A stretch of 64,000 nt of DNA from an uncultured Noviherbaspirillum sp. (GTDB lineage Bacteria > Pseudomonadota > Gammaproteobacteria > Burkholderiales > Burkholderiaceae_D). Shown here piece by piece: positions 51,722 through 62,000 of this stretch. Under the pieces are notes generated by a model, which saw only the letters and a program-made list of their open reading frames with translations, ran no database searches and was not told the DNA's origin. Position 1 is the stretch's first letter. Each line of letters opens with the position of its first letter. The stretch covers positions 6,962 through 70,961 of the forward strand of contig CBHCMF010000001.1 of NCBI GenBank assembly GCA_965974465.1. Reading direction: 5' to 3'. Made by a program: the position numbers and the translations under genes.

Positions 51722-52141
51722 TCAGTGTTGCCGTTCGAAGGTCAGGATATCGCCTTCGAGCGAAGCAAGACAGTCAAAGGCCAGATCCAGAACATTGAGT
51801 GATGCGTCAACCGGGTTATCCCACGCATCGCGCGCGGCGATGGCAGCATTGTAGTGCTGCAGCGCCGCGAGCAATTCGTCGGTGCGTTCAGAAATGCCGC
51901 CGGCCTGTCCTGGTGGAATGTATGTCCGGAACGCCGAACCCAGTGCATCCAGTTTGCGCCCAATGATGCGCAGGTTGAACGCCAGCACAAGCGCATGCAC
52001 ATTCGGATCATAGAAATCGGCATGTGTCGATTTGAGTGCAAGCTGTTTCTCATGCATCGATTGCGCATAATCGAGCGCGTCCTCAATACTGCGATATTGC
52101 GCATAGAGTGGGCCGGGCGGATAGAGTAGATTGAGGGGCAT
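51722..52141 (-). CDS. Hypothetical protein
   Basis: 139-aa helical ORF directly downstream of ettA. Confidence 0.62.
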   Translation of the reverse strand: MPLNLLYPPGPLYAQYRSIEDALDYAQSMHEKQLALKSTHADFYDPNVHALVLAFNLRIIGRKLDALGSAFRTYIPPGQAGGISERTDELLAALQHYNAAIAARDAWDNPVDASLNVLDLAFDCLASLEGDILTFERQH

Positions 52142-52171
52142 CAGATTCCGTCACCGGCACTCCAGCAATAA

Positions 52172-53839
52172 TCAGCGCGTAATCGGCTTATATCGAATCC
52201 GCTTTGGCTTCGCTCCTTCCTCACCCAAGCGCTTCTTTTTGTCCGCTTCATATTCCTGGTAGTTCCCGTCAAAGAACACCACGTGCGAATCCCCTTCGAA
52301 AGCGAGGATATGGGTAGCAATCCGATCCAGGAACCAACGATCATGTGAGATCACCATCACGCTGCCTGCAAACTCCAGCAATGCATCTTCCAGTGCGCGT
52401 AGTGTTTCCACATCGAGGTCGTTCGACGGTTCGTCCAGCAGCAGAACGTTGCCGCCCATGAGTAACGTCTTTGCCAAGTGCAGCCGGCCGCGTTCACCGC
52501 CGGACAGATTGCCAACAATCTTCTGCTGGTCTGAGCCCTTGAAGTTGAAGCGGCCCAGATAGGCGCGTGACGGCATCTCGAAGCGGCCAACGGTGAGGAG
52601 GTCGGCGCCGTTCGACACGTCTTCCCACACAGTCTTCTTGTTGCCCAGATCTTCACGTGACTGATCGACCAGGGAAAGTTTGACGGTCGGTCCAATCACC
52701 ACTTCACCGCTGTCCGGCATCTCCTTGCCAGCGATCATCTTGAACAAAGTGGATTTACCTGCACCATTGGGGCCGATGATGCCGACAATCGCCCCAGCCG
52801 GTATCTTAAAACTAAGGTTGTCGATAAGCAGGCGATCGCCAAAGGCCTTACTCACATTTTTGAATTCGATCACTTCATTGCCGAGTCGCTCTGCTACGGG
52901 GATGAAGATTTCTTGCGTTTCGTTACGCTTTTGGTATTCATGCTCGCTCAACTCGTTAAAGCGAGCTAGACGCGCTTTGCTCTTGGCTTGGCGTCCCTTC
53001 GGATTTTGGCGCACCCATTCCAATTCCTTCTGGATGGTTTTCTGACGTGCGGATTCTGCAGCTTCTTCCTGCTTTAGGCGGGCTTCTTTCTGTTCCAGCC
53101 AGGAACTGTAGTTGCCCTTCCATGGAATACCGTGACCACGGTCGAGTTCCAGGATCCATTCAGCAGCGTTATCGAGGAAGTAGCGATCGTGTGTGATGCC
53201 GACCACTGTGCCGGGAAAGCGCTGCAAGAATTGCTCCAGCCATTCCACCGATTCCGCATCGAGGTGGTTGGTTGGTTCATCCAGCAGCAGCATGTCGGGT
53301 TTGGACAGCAGTAACTTACATAGTGCGACACGGCGCTTCTCGCCACCGGACAGTACGCCGATCTTTGCGTCCCAAGGCGGTAGACGCAACGCGTCGGCTG
53401 CCATTTCGAGCTGCTGGTTCAGCGTGTTGCCGTCGGAGGCAGCGATGATCGCTTCCAAGCGCGCCTGTTCCGCAGCGAGCGCATCAAAGTCAGCGTCCGG
53501 TTCAGCGTAAGCGGCATACACGGCATCGAGCTTAGCCTGTGCCTCGAATACTTCACCAAGCGCGGACTCGACCGCTTGGCGCACTGTTTGTTCTGGATCG
53601 AGCTGCGGTTCTTGCGGCAAGTAACCAATGTTCAGTCCTGGCATCGGCACGGCTTCGCCTTCGATTTCCTTGTCGATACCAGCCATGATTTTGAGCAGCG
53701 TCGATTTACCGGAGCCGTTCAGTCCAAGTACGCCGATCTTGGCACCGGGGAAGAATGACAACGAAATATCTTTGAGAATCTGGCGCTTGGGCGGGACGAT
53801 TTTGCCCACGCGATTCATGGTGTAGACGTATTGAGCCAT
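52172..53839 (-). CDS. ettA: Energy-dependent translational throttle protein (ABC-F)
   Basis: MAQYVYTM.RV.KIVPPKRQILKDISLSFFPGAKIG, two NBDs, ELEWVRQNPKGRQAKSKAR; 555 aa. Confidence 0.97.
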   Translation of the reverse strand: MAQYVYTMNRVGKIVPPKRQILKDISLSFFPGAKIGVLGLNGSGKSTLLKIMAGIDKEIEGEAVPMPGLNIGYLPQEPQLDPEQTVRQAVESALGEVFEAQAKLDAVYAAYAEPDADFDALAAEQARLEAIIAASDGNTLNQQLEMAADALRLPPWDAKIGVLSGGEKRRVALCKLLLSKPDMLLLDEPTNHLDAESVEWLEQFLQRFPGTVVGITHDRYFLDNAAEWILELDRGHGIPWKGNYSSWLEQKEARLKQEEAAESARQKTIQKELEWVRQNPKGRQAKSKARLARFNELSEHEYQKRNETQEIFIPVAERLGNEVIEFKNVSKAFGDRLLIDNLSFKIPAGAIVGIIGPNGAGKSTLFKMIAGKEMPDSGEVVIGPTVKLSLVDQSREDLGNKKTVWEDVSNGADLLTVGRFEMPSRAYLGRFNFKGSDQQKIVGNLSGGERGRLHLAKTLLMGGNVLLLDEPSNDLDVETLRALEDALLEFAGSVMVISHDRWFLDRIATHILAFEGDSHVVFFDGNYQEYEADKKKRLGEEGAKPKRIRYKPITR

Positions 53840-53923
53840 TTACTTTATGACAAAGGGGGATGAGAAAACAAATAGGATACGATAGATCAGGAGCTTCCTG
53901 CAGAATCGAGGAGGTCCAAATGG

Positions 53924-54811
53924 TCAGATTTTTTGTTCAATCGACTTGGCGGCCCAATTCTGCCACAGGCCTTCCAGCGAATACACCGCCAGTGCGCTCC
54001 AAATCAGCGCGAAGCCCATCAGCCGTGTGCTGTCAAAGGGTTCATGGTACAGCCACACCCCCAACAGTAACTGCAACGTTGGGCCGATATACTGCAGCAG
54101 ACCGAGCAGCGATAACGGGATGCGGCGCGCACCAGCGGCGAATAGCAGCAGCGGAATTGCCGTGATCGGGCCGGCAGCAATTAACAGAAGCTGCGATGCC
54201 GTCGAAGCCGTACTAAAGCTGTTGTGTCCACCGAGCGTTAGTATCAACAGATAGCCGAAAGCCAGCGGAAACAGTAGCAAGATCTCCAGTGCCAAACCCT
54301 CCAGCGCACCAAGCGCAGCTGTCTTGCGCAGAAGACCATACAGCCCAAAGCTCAATGCCAGTAGCAACGCAATCCACGGTAGACCGCCATGCCAAGTCAA
54401 CGATACCACGCCGCCGGCAGCAAGAGCGACCGCTGCCCATTGCCATGGTCGCAATCGTTCGCGCAGGACCAGCGAACCAAGCAACACATTGAAGAGTGGA
54501 TTGATGAAGTAGCCCAGGCTGGACTCAACCACATGGCCACTGTTGACTGCCCAGATATAGATGAGCCAGTTACTCGACAGCAGAAGAGCGCTTGCGCCAA
54601 ATCCCGCTAACACTTTGGGCTTGCGCAGCACCGGGCCAAGCCATGCCCACTGTTTGCGCCACGTTAGTACGATGAGGATAAAGACGAGTGACCATACTAT
54701 GCGGTGCAGCAGAATCTCCATCGACGGAATCTCCTGCAGCGACTTAAAATACAGCGGAAACACGCCCCATATCGTGTAAGCGGTGGCAGCGTACAGAGCT
54801 CCAATATTCAT
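53924..54811 (-). CDS. rarD: EamA-family transporter RarD
   Basis: AYTIWG.FPLYFK, HRIVWS, NWLIYIWAVN, SLGYFINPL, GLLQYIGPT. Confidence 0.93.
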   Translation of the reverse strand: MNIGALYAATAYTIWGVFPLYFKSLQEIPSMEILLHRIVWSLVFILIVLTWRKQWAWLGPVLRKPKVLAGFGASALLLSSNWLIYIWAVNSGHVVESSLGYFINPLFNVLLGSLVLRERLRPWQWAAVALAAGGVVSLTWHGGLPWIALLLALSFGLYGLLRKTAALGALEGLALEILLLFPLAFGYLLILTLGGHNSFSTASTASQLLLIAAGPITAIPLLLFAAGARRIPLSLLGLLQYIGPTLQLLLGVWLYHEPFDSTRLMGFALIWSALAVYSLEGLWQNWAAKSIEQKI

Positions 54812-55051
54812 GGCGGGCGGTTAGACGTAAAAGCAATCGGATAGGATACGGTCCGTCATCGCAATGGGGATGGCGCCGTTTGCTTCAGAGCACTTATTAT
54901 CCCAGCAATTATGTGTGCCCGCTTGCGGCAGGGGCACAGACAGGCGCGCATCAACCATTAAATAGGTGGCAGATCTCCAGCCCGAGATGCTGATGAATAC
55001 GTCCCATTCCCATAGTGAACAGGGCCTGCGGGCTGTTACGCCATGAGTCGG

Positions 55052-55846
55052 TTACATTGTCTTGACCGTTTTGTCCGCGTCGCCCTCTGAGGTCGTCGGC
55101 TTGTTTAATGCGGGGACATTCAAAGTAGGTTTGCTTTGGATATTCCTCAGACCCTTGACATTACCGTTCAGCAAAGTCAAATACACCAAAAACACCGCAA
55201 CACCGACCCCAGCCAGCAACGCAAAGAAGAGCCACAATGGCAATTCATGGCGCACATATTGTTTAAAACGTTGTGGCAATCTCCAGTTTGGCGCAAATTC
55301 TGCCTTGCCACCACGCGCATGCGTAATTTCCTGATTGATGCGACTGATTAAGTAATTAAGTTTTTCAGTGCCTTCCAGCAGATACTTGCCTTGGAATCCG
55401 AGTAGCAGGCAGGTATGAAACACTTCTAGTGCTTCAATATTGGCAACGGGATCCGTACGCAGAAGTTCCAGCTTATCGAAAAAACGGTCACCGGCAAGGT
55501 GTTCGCCAAACATGCGCAGCTGTAGCGGTGCCCGTTCCCAGTCTTCACGGATACTAAAGTCAGACGAAAGGATGATTTCGTCCATCAAGGCGCAGAAAGC
55601 GTACTTCGCGTCCGCTACTGACTGCTGCGGTTTGCCGAGATTACGCGCGTTCTTTTCAAATTGGGCAAGAAACTGTTCGACTCGTTTATTGAATTCGTTG
55701 GCGGAATTTGGGGCATTTCCACTTTGCAGAAGGAATAGAAGATAGATGCCGTCTTCCAGCATGTCCTTCAGTGTAAGAGTGAAGGTCTTGGCTGGCTCGG
55801 CGGCTGTTTGGGCTGTCGCCGGCATGGCGATGGCACTTGATGTCAT
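55052..55846 (-). CDS. tssL: T6SS membrane complex protein TssL (DotU), no OmpA extension
   Basis: AKYAFCALMDE, PLQLRMFGEHLAG..FF..LE, CLLLGFQGKY, C-terminal TM. Confidence 0.92.
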   Translation of the reverse strand: MTSSAIAMPATAQTAAEPAKTFTLTLKDMLEDGIYLLFLLQSGNAPNSANEFNKRVEQFLAQFEKNARNLGKPQQSVADAKYAFCALMDEIILSSDFSIREDWERAPLQLRMFGEHLAGDRFFDKLELLRTDPVANIEALEVFHTCLLLGFQGKYLLEGTEKLNYLISRINQEITHARGGKAEFAPNWRLPQRFKQYVRHELPLWLFFALLAGVGVAVFLVYLTLLNGNVKGLRNIQSKPTLNVPALNKPTTSEGDADKTVKTM

Positions 55847-55870
55847 AGGTAAGGCTCCAGGTCGTTGTCG

Positions 55871-57217
55871 TTAGCGGAACACTGCAATGAGTTCGAGCTT
55901 CAGTTCCAACAATGTCTGAGGGACATAAATACAGATGCTGCGCGCCTTGATCATGCGCTCGAAAATCTGCCCTTGCGGCTCGATGGCGAAATAGTGATTG
56001 CCGACGCGTACCGGGATCGCGGTAGGCGTTTGTGTCGCGTGCGCCAGGCGAGCACCGGGCAGCGCCGAATTGAGGATTTTTTCCACGTCATCCGGCGAAC
56101 CGACTTTCAACTTCATGGGAACCGTATCGAGTAGCTGGGTGGTGGGCATTTCGCTCGATACTGACAGATAGAAATCGACGTTCTCAATCAGGCGCTCGCT
56201 CTCCAGACGTCCAACAAAGAATGACGGCTTGGTATTGATCAGCGGGATGATTGCGTAACGATTCGAGATCACGGTCTCCAGCAGTTCGCGCAGGATCGTA
56301 TCAATCTTGCTGAATACCTGTGTCAAGTTCAGATGATCATAGGAAGGAATGTCGCTCAGCGAGAGTGATGATGAAAATGTCATCAGTTCACCACACAACT
56401 GCGCAAGCAAAGCGTAGAGTGCTTCTGGGTGCGCGCCGTTCCGGAACAAGTGATTCAACAGCGGGAACGTCCGATTAACGGTATGCAACAACCAGAATGA
56501 AGAAATGTCAGAGGTTCCATACTCGACCACACTCTTGACGCGTTCACGATGTGCACCGGTGAGCGCTTGGCTTTTGACAAGCAGGATATCAAGCAGGCGG
56601 CGGATCATGGTGCCCAACAGCGCAGATCCTTGTAATGTCACCAAGGGGGCGACATAGGCTTCGTCGACTGTCCAGACGCCGGTCGCGTTCTTGCACAGAC
56701 GGGCAATCGGTATGCATTGATAGCCGTCGCGGTTTTCCTGTTCGACCAGGAGTCGTATGTTAGCCCGTAGTGCTGTGACCTCCGTTTCCAGTGCATTGGT
56801 GTACAGATCGGGCACTGCAACTTGCTCTGACGAAAAACGTGCCGGGCGCGACGTCGCTGCATGCGGATCGCTGCTGTTTCCACCGAAGGCGTTGAGGACA
56901 GGAAGGCAGGCAAATATTCGCGTTTCTGTCCCGAGTTGAGGAATATCAGCAAGACTGCGTGCAGCAGGAAGTGGATCATTTCCAGGCGCGGAAATATGCA
57001 TGCCGTCTTGATAGATCAGGTCCAGAGCGTTGACGCGCAGCAGGCCCGCACGCAGCGCATCGGAATCGATGTCGACGCTGCGAATTCCCCAGGGATGGGC
57101 ATGTATCTGGCGTAAGACCTGTGCTATAGCCTGTTCGGTGAACAGCTCTTGCTGTTGAAAATGTTGTGGCCGAAGGAACATGCCTTCGCCCCATAAAACG
57201 CGATTAACACGCAACAT
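55871..57217 (-). CDS. tssK: T6SS baseplate protein TssK
   Basis: VLWGEGMFLRPQHFQQQ, HPEALY, YDHLNL...F, KVGS, ELIAV. Confidence 0.95.
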   Translation of the reverse strand: MLRVNRVLWGEGMFLRPQHFQQQELFTEQAIAQVLRQIHAHPWGIRSVDIDSDALRAGLLRVNALDLIYQDGMHISAPGNDPLPAARSLADIPQLGTETRIFACLPVLNAFGGNSSDPHAATSRPARFSSEQVAVPDLYTNALETEVTALRANIRLLVEQENRDGYQCIPIARLCKNATGVWTVDEAYVAPLVTLQGSALLGTMIRRLLDILLVKSQALTGAHRERVKSVVEYGTSDISSFWLLHTVNRTFPLLNHLFRNGAHPEALYALLAQLCGELMTFSSSLSLSDIPSYDHLNLTQVFSKIDTILRELLETVISNRYAIIPLINTKPSFFVGRLESERLIENVDFYLSVSSEMPTTQLLDTVPMKLKVGSPDDVEKILNSALPGARLAHATQTPTAIPVRVGNHYFAIEPQGQIFERMIKARSICIYVPQTLLELKLELIAVFR

Positions 57218-57337
57218 AGAGATCCTGATAGAGGCGATTCGTAAGGGCTAGCTGATACGGTTTGCTTTTTCGTTTAAGTAACGGCGCGTTGCTAGTGTTG
57301 GGTGGAGTAAGTTATCCATACCCACAGCATGCTCGTG

Positions 57338-57967
57338 TTAGGGTTTGCTCGTAACCAGAGGCTCAATTTTTTTGATGACATCCATCACGCCACTTCGCTT
57401 GGTGGCTTGAGCGGAAGACGTAGGGCGATGATCAAATGTGGCGCAAGTCGGTTTAGCTTGGGCCGGCTGTCCAGGAATCAGAGTCGGTTTGCCGCTGAGC
57501 AAAGAAATGTAGCAGTCTTGTACCTTGAAATTCAGTCCGTCACTGCGGACTTTGTCGGCGTCGACGAGAAGCCGCCAGTAGTGCGGGTCGGGTTGCCGGA
57601 AAAAGGCAACGATGCCGACATGTTTTGTATCTTCTTTGAGTTTGTCCGTGCTGGCATATTTTGCGCCCGGCACCATCATGATTTCATTCTTTTCCAAGAG
57701 ATCTTGGCCTAACAATTCGGCTGCCGTTCTGCCGCTGGCTAACGTATCAAATGTGAGCTTTGAAAACTCACTGGCGTCTTTCAGCTGATAAACGTGCACG
57801 ACAACCGACAGCGGCTTGCCGCTGATATCACGATTGACGATGGGATCAGCCTCGCCTTTGATTTCATAAGTCTTCGGCCCGGATGCGCAACCTGCCAATA
57901 CAAGTACTCCCAATAAACCCGTGCCAGCAAGACGGGAAAGATTGTAAATCTTACTACCAGAAAACAT
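57338..57967 (-). CDS. tssJ: T6SS lipoprotein TssJ
   Basis: Lipobox LAGC, N.D.SG.PLSVVV.VYQLKD, VGIVAFFRQP...WR. Confidence 0.92.
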   Translation of the reverse strand: MFSGSKIYNLSRLAGTGLLGVLVLAGCASGPKTYEIKGEADPIVNRDISGKPLSVVVHVYQLKDASEFSKLTFDTLASGRTAAELLGQDLLEKNEIMMVPGAKYASTDKLKEDTKHVGIVAFFRQPDPHYWRLLVDADKVRSDGLNFKVQDCYISLLSGKPTLIPGQPAQAKPTCATFDHRPTSSAQATKRSGVMDVIKKIEPLVTSKP

Positions 57968-58151
57968 TGTCTTTCCTCTCATAAAGTAACGTGTCATCTG
58001 GACACTCTTCCGTTGCTATTCTTTCATTGTAAGTTTAGGTATTATACAATATTGCAAAAAGGGCAATCGCTTCTGATTGTCAATATTGGTTGAACGGAAA
58101 TTTCGCTTTTATGTGGCAACGCAAGACGCTTTCTGAGGAGCACTTCGATGA

Positions 58152-59042
58152 GTGTGGGTCTCGTACATGCTGACAAGTGTGATTGTCAGCATGGGTTGCG
58201 TTCTGGTTCTAATGGCGTGGATAGGATGGCGCTTTTTTCTAATGCAGCCAGTTTCCGCCAACGAGCCCACGTCCGCAGTGCCGGCAGAAACACTGCAAGT
58301 GAAGCCGCAAGTGGCAGCGGCTACGATGACGGCGGAATCGGGGGAAATGGGAGGCAAGCGATCCAACGCAAGGTGGCTGGCAAGCGCTCCATTCCGGATG
58401 CTGACGCATTGGTCGCTGTGGCTTGCCTTGCTCTTGGTCGTTACAACGGCGGCCGGCGTGCTGGCATTGTCAGGGCGATTTTCGCTTGATCCATTGAGTG
58501 CTGCAGAGCTTGGACGACAGGAGCATATACAGGCCGCATTGAATCCCGAGAAATTGGTCCCGCCACCGGCATTGCCGCCTTCGGTTTTCGCGGCAGTAGA
58601 TCGACCGGGTCTGATGACTGCAGATAGAGATTGGTCGCGCCTGAATCCGGACTTTGTGCAGGACGTACTGAGAGTGTTTGCCAAGATGGAAGCTCGAGGT
58701 TATCCCCTGGTCTTGCTGGAAGGCTACCGAAGCCCTGAGCGCCAGAATGCCTTAGCAGATTCGCACGTACAGGTAACGAATGCTCGGGCATTTCAAAGTA
58801 AGCATCAATACGGCTTGGCGGTGGACGTGGCGCCGATGAAGGATGGGCGAATTGTCATTTCGGAACGCGATCCGTGGGCAATGCAAGCTTATCAGGCGCT
58901 TGGCGAGGAGGCTGAGCGAGTAGGGTTGACATGGGGCGGACGCTGGAGGCTCAAGGATTTTGGTCACATCGAAGTATCAGGGCCTCTCGCAGCAATTCTC
59001 AAGAGCAAGGGTATCGCGCGCGCTGATTCAGCCGCGCTTTAG
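58152..59042 (+). CDS. Membrane-anchored M15 metallopeptidase (TagX-like peptidoglycan hydrolase)
   Basis: Two TM, LLEGYRSPERQ, SKHQYGLAVD (SxHxxGxAxD), WGGRW...DFGHIE; directly upstream of tssM. Confidence 0.88.
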   Translation: MWVSYMLTSVIVSMGCVLVLMAWIGWRFFLMQPVSANEPTSAVPAETLQVKPQVAAATMTAESGEMGGKRSNARWLASAPFRMLTHWSLWLALLLVVTTAAGVLALSGRFSLDPLSAAELGRQEHIQAALNPEKLVPPPALPPSVFAAVDRPGLMTADRDWSRLNPDFVQDVLRVFAKMEARGYPLVLLEGYRSPERQNALADSHVQVTNARAFQSKHQYGLAVDVAPMKDGRIVISERDPWAMQAYQALGEEAERVGLTWGGRWRLKDFGHIEVSGPLAAILKSKGIARADSAAL

Positions 59043-59059
59043 TAATTAAAGGAAGAACT

Positions 59060-62000
59060 ATGTGGAAGTGGCTGCGGAATGCCAAGCTTGCGTCGGCGCT
59101 TGGCTTTTTAATCCTGATCGCCTTGATCTGGATTATCGGTCCTTATCTTGGCTTGGCTTCTAAAGAGGCTCGTTTTGCCTGGATTTTCTGCGTCATGCTG
59201 GTATGGGTGATCAGTTTGCTGGTAGGTCGCATCCTTGCGGAGCGCGCAGGCAACGTCCTTGAAAAATTCTTGCGTCGCCAAGCGGATGAGGCGGTCATGG
59301 GGGCGACGCCAGACCGACGTGCAGAAGTGACACGCTTGCGTCAGCGCATGCTTTCCGCTATCGATACGTTGAAAACATCAAATATCGGTAAAGCCCGTGG
59401 CAAAGCAGCGCTCTATGAACTTCCCTGGTACATGATCATTGGGCATCCTGCAGCAGGGAAAAGCAGTGCAATTCTTCATTCTGGCCTTACATTTCCGTTC
59501 GGTGATAAGCAGGCCGTTCAGGGTGTCGGTGGAACACGCGACTGCGACTGGTTTTTTTCGACGGAAGGCGTGTTGCTGGATACTGCCGGACGGTATTCGA
59601 CGCAGAGGGAAGATCGTGCCGAGTGGCTCGAGTTTCTTAAGCTTCTCAAGAAACATCGGAGTAAAGCGCCGGTCAACGGCATCTTGGTCGCGATCAGTTT
59701 TCCTGAGTTGGTGCAATTTCGTTCGGAGCAGTTCGCGCTTTACGCACGACAAGTACGTGAACGTATTAATGAAATTGACAATGCCTTCGGTATTAAGGTA
59801 CCGATTTATCTGATATTTACAAAACTCGACCTGCTTGGCGGATTTGCGCAATTCTTTGAAGATTTGACCGAAGAAGAGCGTCAACAGGTGTGGGGGGCAA
59901 CACTTTCTCATGATCAAGGTAATGAATTTGACGCCCCGCGTGTCGTCTGCCAGCAGTTTGACGAACTGTATCGCGGACTGGCCCAGATCGGCGCAGAAAA
60001 GCTTGCGAACAATCGTGGAAACGCAAAACGTCCAGCGCTTTTCGCTTTCCCTATTGAATTCAACGCGATGCGAACCTCGATCGGAAAATTCGTCGAACTC
60101 CTGTTTCAAGATGACCCATATCACAGCAAACCCCTCCTGCGCGGTTTCTACTTCACCAGTGCGCTGCAGGAAGGAGCGCCACGTATTGCTGCAGGCAACC
60201 GTGTATCAAGTCTATTCGACTTATCGAAGCCAGGTTTTGATGCAGCGCAATTGCCTACCTCAAATAGTTTCTTCCTGAATAAGCTCTTTCGTGAGGTGCT
60301 ATTTCCTGATCAACACTTAATTACCAGGCAAATCTCTGGTGGGACTGGCCGAACCCGTATTGCCGGCATTGCAGTGGGCCTAAGTGCGTTGGCGTTGCTG
60401 ACTGGGGCGCTTACGTGGACTTATATAGGCAACTACAAGATGGTTACCTTGGCAACAGAAGAGCTGATAGTGGCGCGCGACCTTGCTAAGAGTGACGAAC
60501 TGGTCGACCGACTAAAAGCCTTGCAGGTGCTGCAGCTTCGACTGGAGCAGCTGTATCAATATCGGAAAGAAGGGCACCCTCTTCGTCTCGGCATGAGCCT
60601 TTACCAGGGTGCCAAGGTGGAGCGCGTGTTGCGTGCAGAATACTTCGCTGGTGTGCGTTCATTGATGCTTGAACCGGTTGCGGCAAACCTTGAGCATCGT
60701 CTCGCCGGATTACATACGCAGCCGGAACCAAAGCCAGTACCGCAGCCGGCTGTAGCGGCGACAGAACCGGTGCAGGTGCCGCAAAACACGCCGCCAAAAC
60801 GAAACATTCGTCCGAAACGTTCAACAGGCCGTTCTCTGCCAGTGATTCCGATTGGCCATGCGTTATCAGAAGAAGCGCAACCGCTTGTGCCAGTAAATGC
60901 TCTCTTCCAGTTCACTGGGAAGCCTGAGTTCGTGTTGGCTCAAGCGCCAGGTTTTCCGCTGGACAGAAGAGTCGTCAACGTGCGCGAGGCAGCCGGCATG
61001 GCAATGCAGAATGCAACCAATGCGGCAGCAAACACAGGGGCGCGCGCCGAAGCGGCACCCGCAGGGCGTACCTCGGAAGGTAATCCGTTGGAGGAAGGTT
61101 ATAACGCGCTGAAGACCTATCTGATGCTCAAGCAGAAGGAGAGGATGGATATGTCGCATCTCTCGGACCAGATTCCAAAGTACTGGCGCACCTGGCTCGA
61201 TGCCAATAAAGGCAAAGGGTCACAAGAGGAAGTTAATCGACTGGCTGAACGCGTCGTTGCTTTTTATGTTTCGCAAATTGGCGAGCCCGACTTGCCGTTG
61301 ATTGAAAATCGAGAAGATCTGGTCGCCACTAGCCGTGAGGTGCTGCGCGGTGCATTACACAAGCTGTCCGCCAGAGAGCGCGTTTATAACGAATTGAAGG
61401 CGCGCGCAAATACACAGTTTGCACCAATGACAGTTGGCCGAATCTTGAACAACACCAGCGCGACTGTCGTCGCCGGTAGCTATGCTGTGCCCGGTGCGTT
61501 TACCCGTGAGGCGTGGGAAAAATACTTCCGCAATATGATCCTTGAGGCCAGTAAGGGCGAGGTCAAGGGCGATGACTGGGTATTGGCCGCCACGACAGCA
61601 GATAATCTTGGCAAAGACGGCGACGTCGAGCGCAATCGCGCCGAACTGGAGGCACTTTACAAAGCTGACTATGTGAGGGAGTGGACAAAATTCCTGCAAG
61701 GCGTGGCAATTCAAGATTTTGGCACGCTGGAAAATACGGCCCAGGCACTTGCTCAGCTCTCCGATGCACAAAGCTCGGCCATCAAGCTGATACTGACAAA
61801 GGCAGCATATGAAACGGCATGGGATAACCCGTCACAACTGACGACATCAATTGAATCGGCCAGAAATTCGGTCATTTCGCGTACCGAAAAGCTGGTTTTT
61901 GGTAGCACCCCGGCGCAACCGCAGCCGCAAGGAGCAATCCAAATGGGAGAGGTCGGACGGAAGTTTGCCGGAATAGCGGCGCTGACGACACCGGCCGAAG

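Noticed and set aside
57312-57320. DnaA-box-like TTATCCATA
   Set aside because: Single mismatched copy inside a T6SS operon, with no origin context
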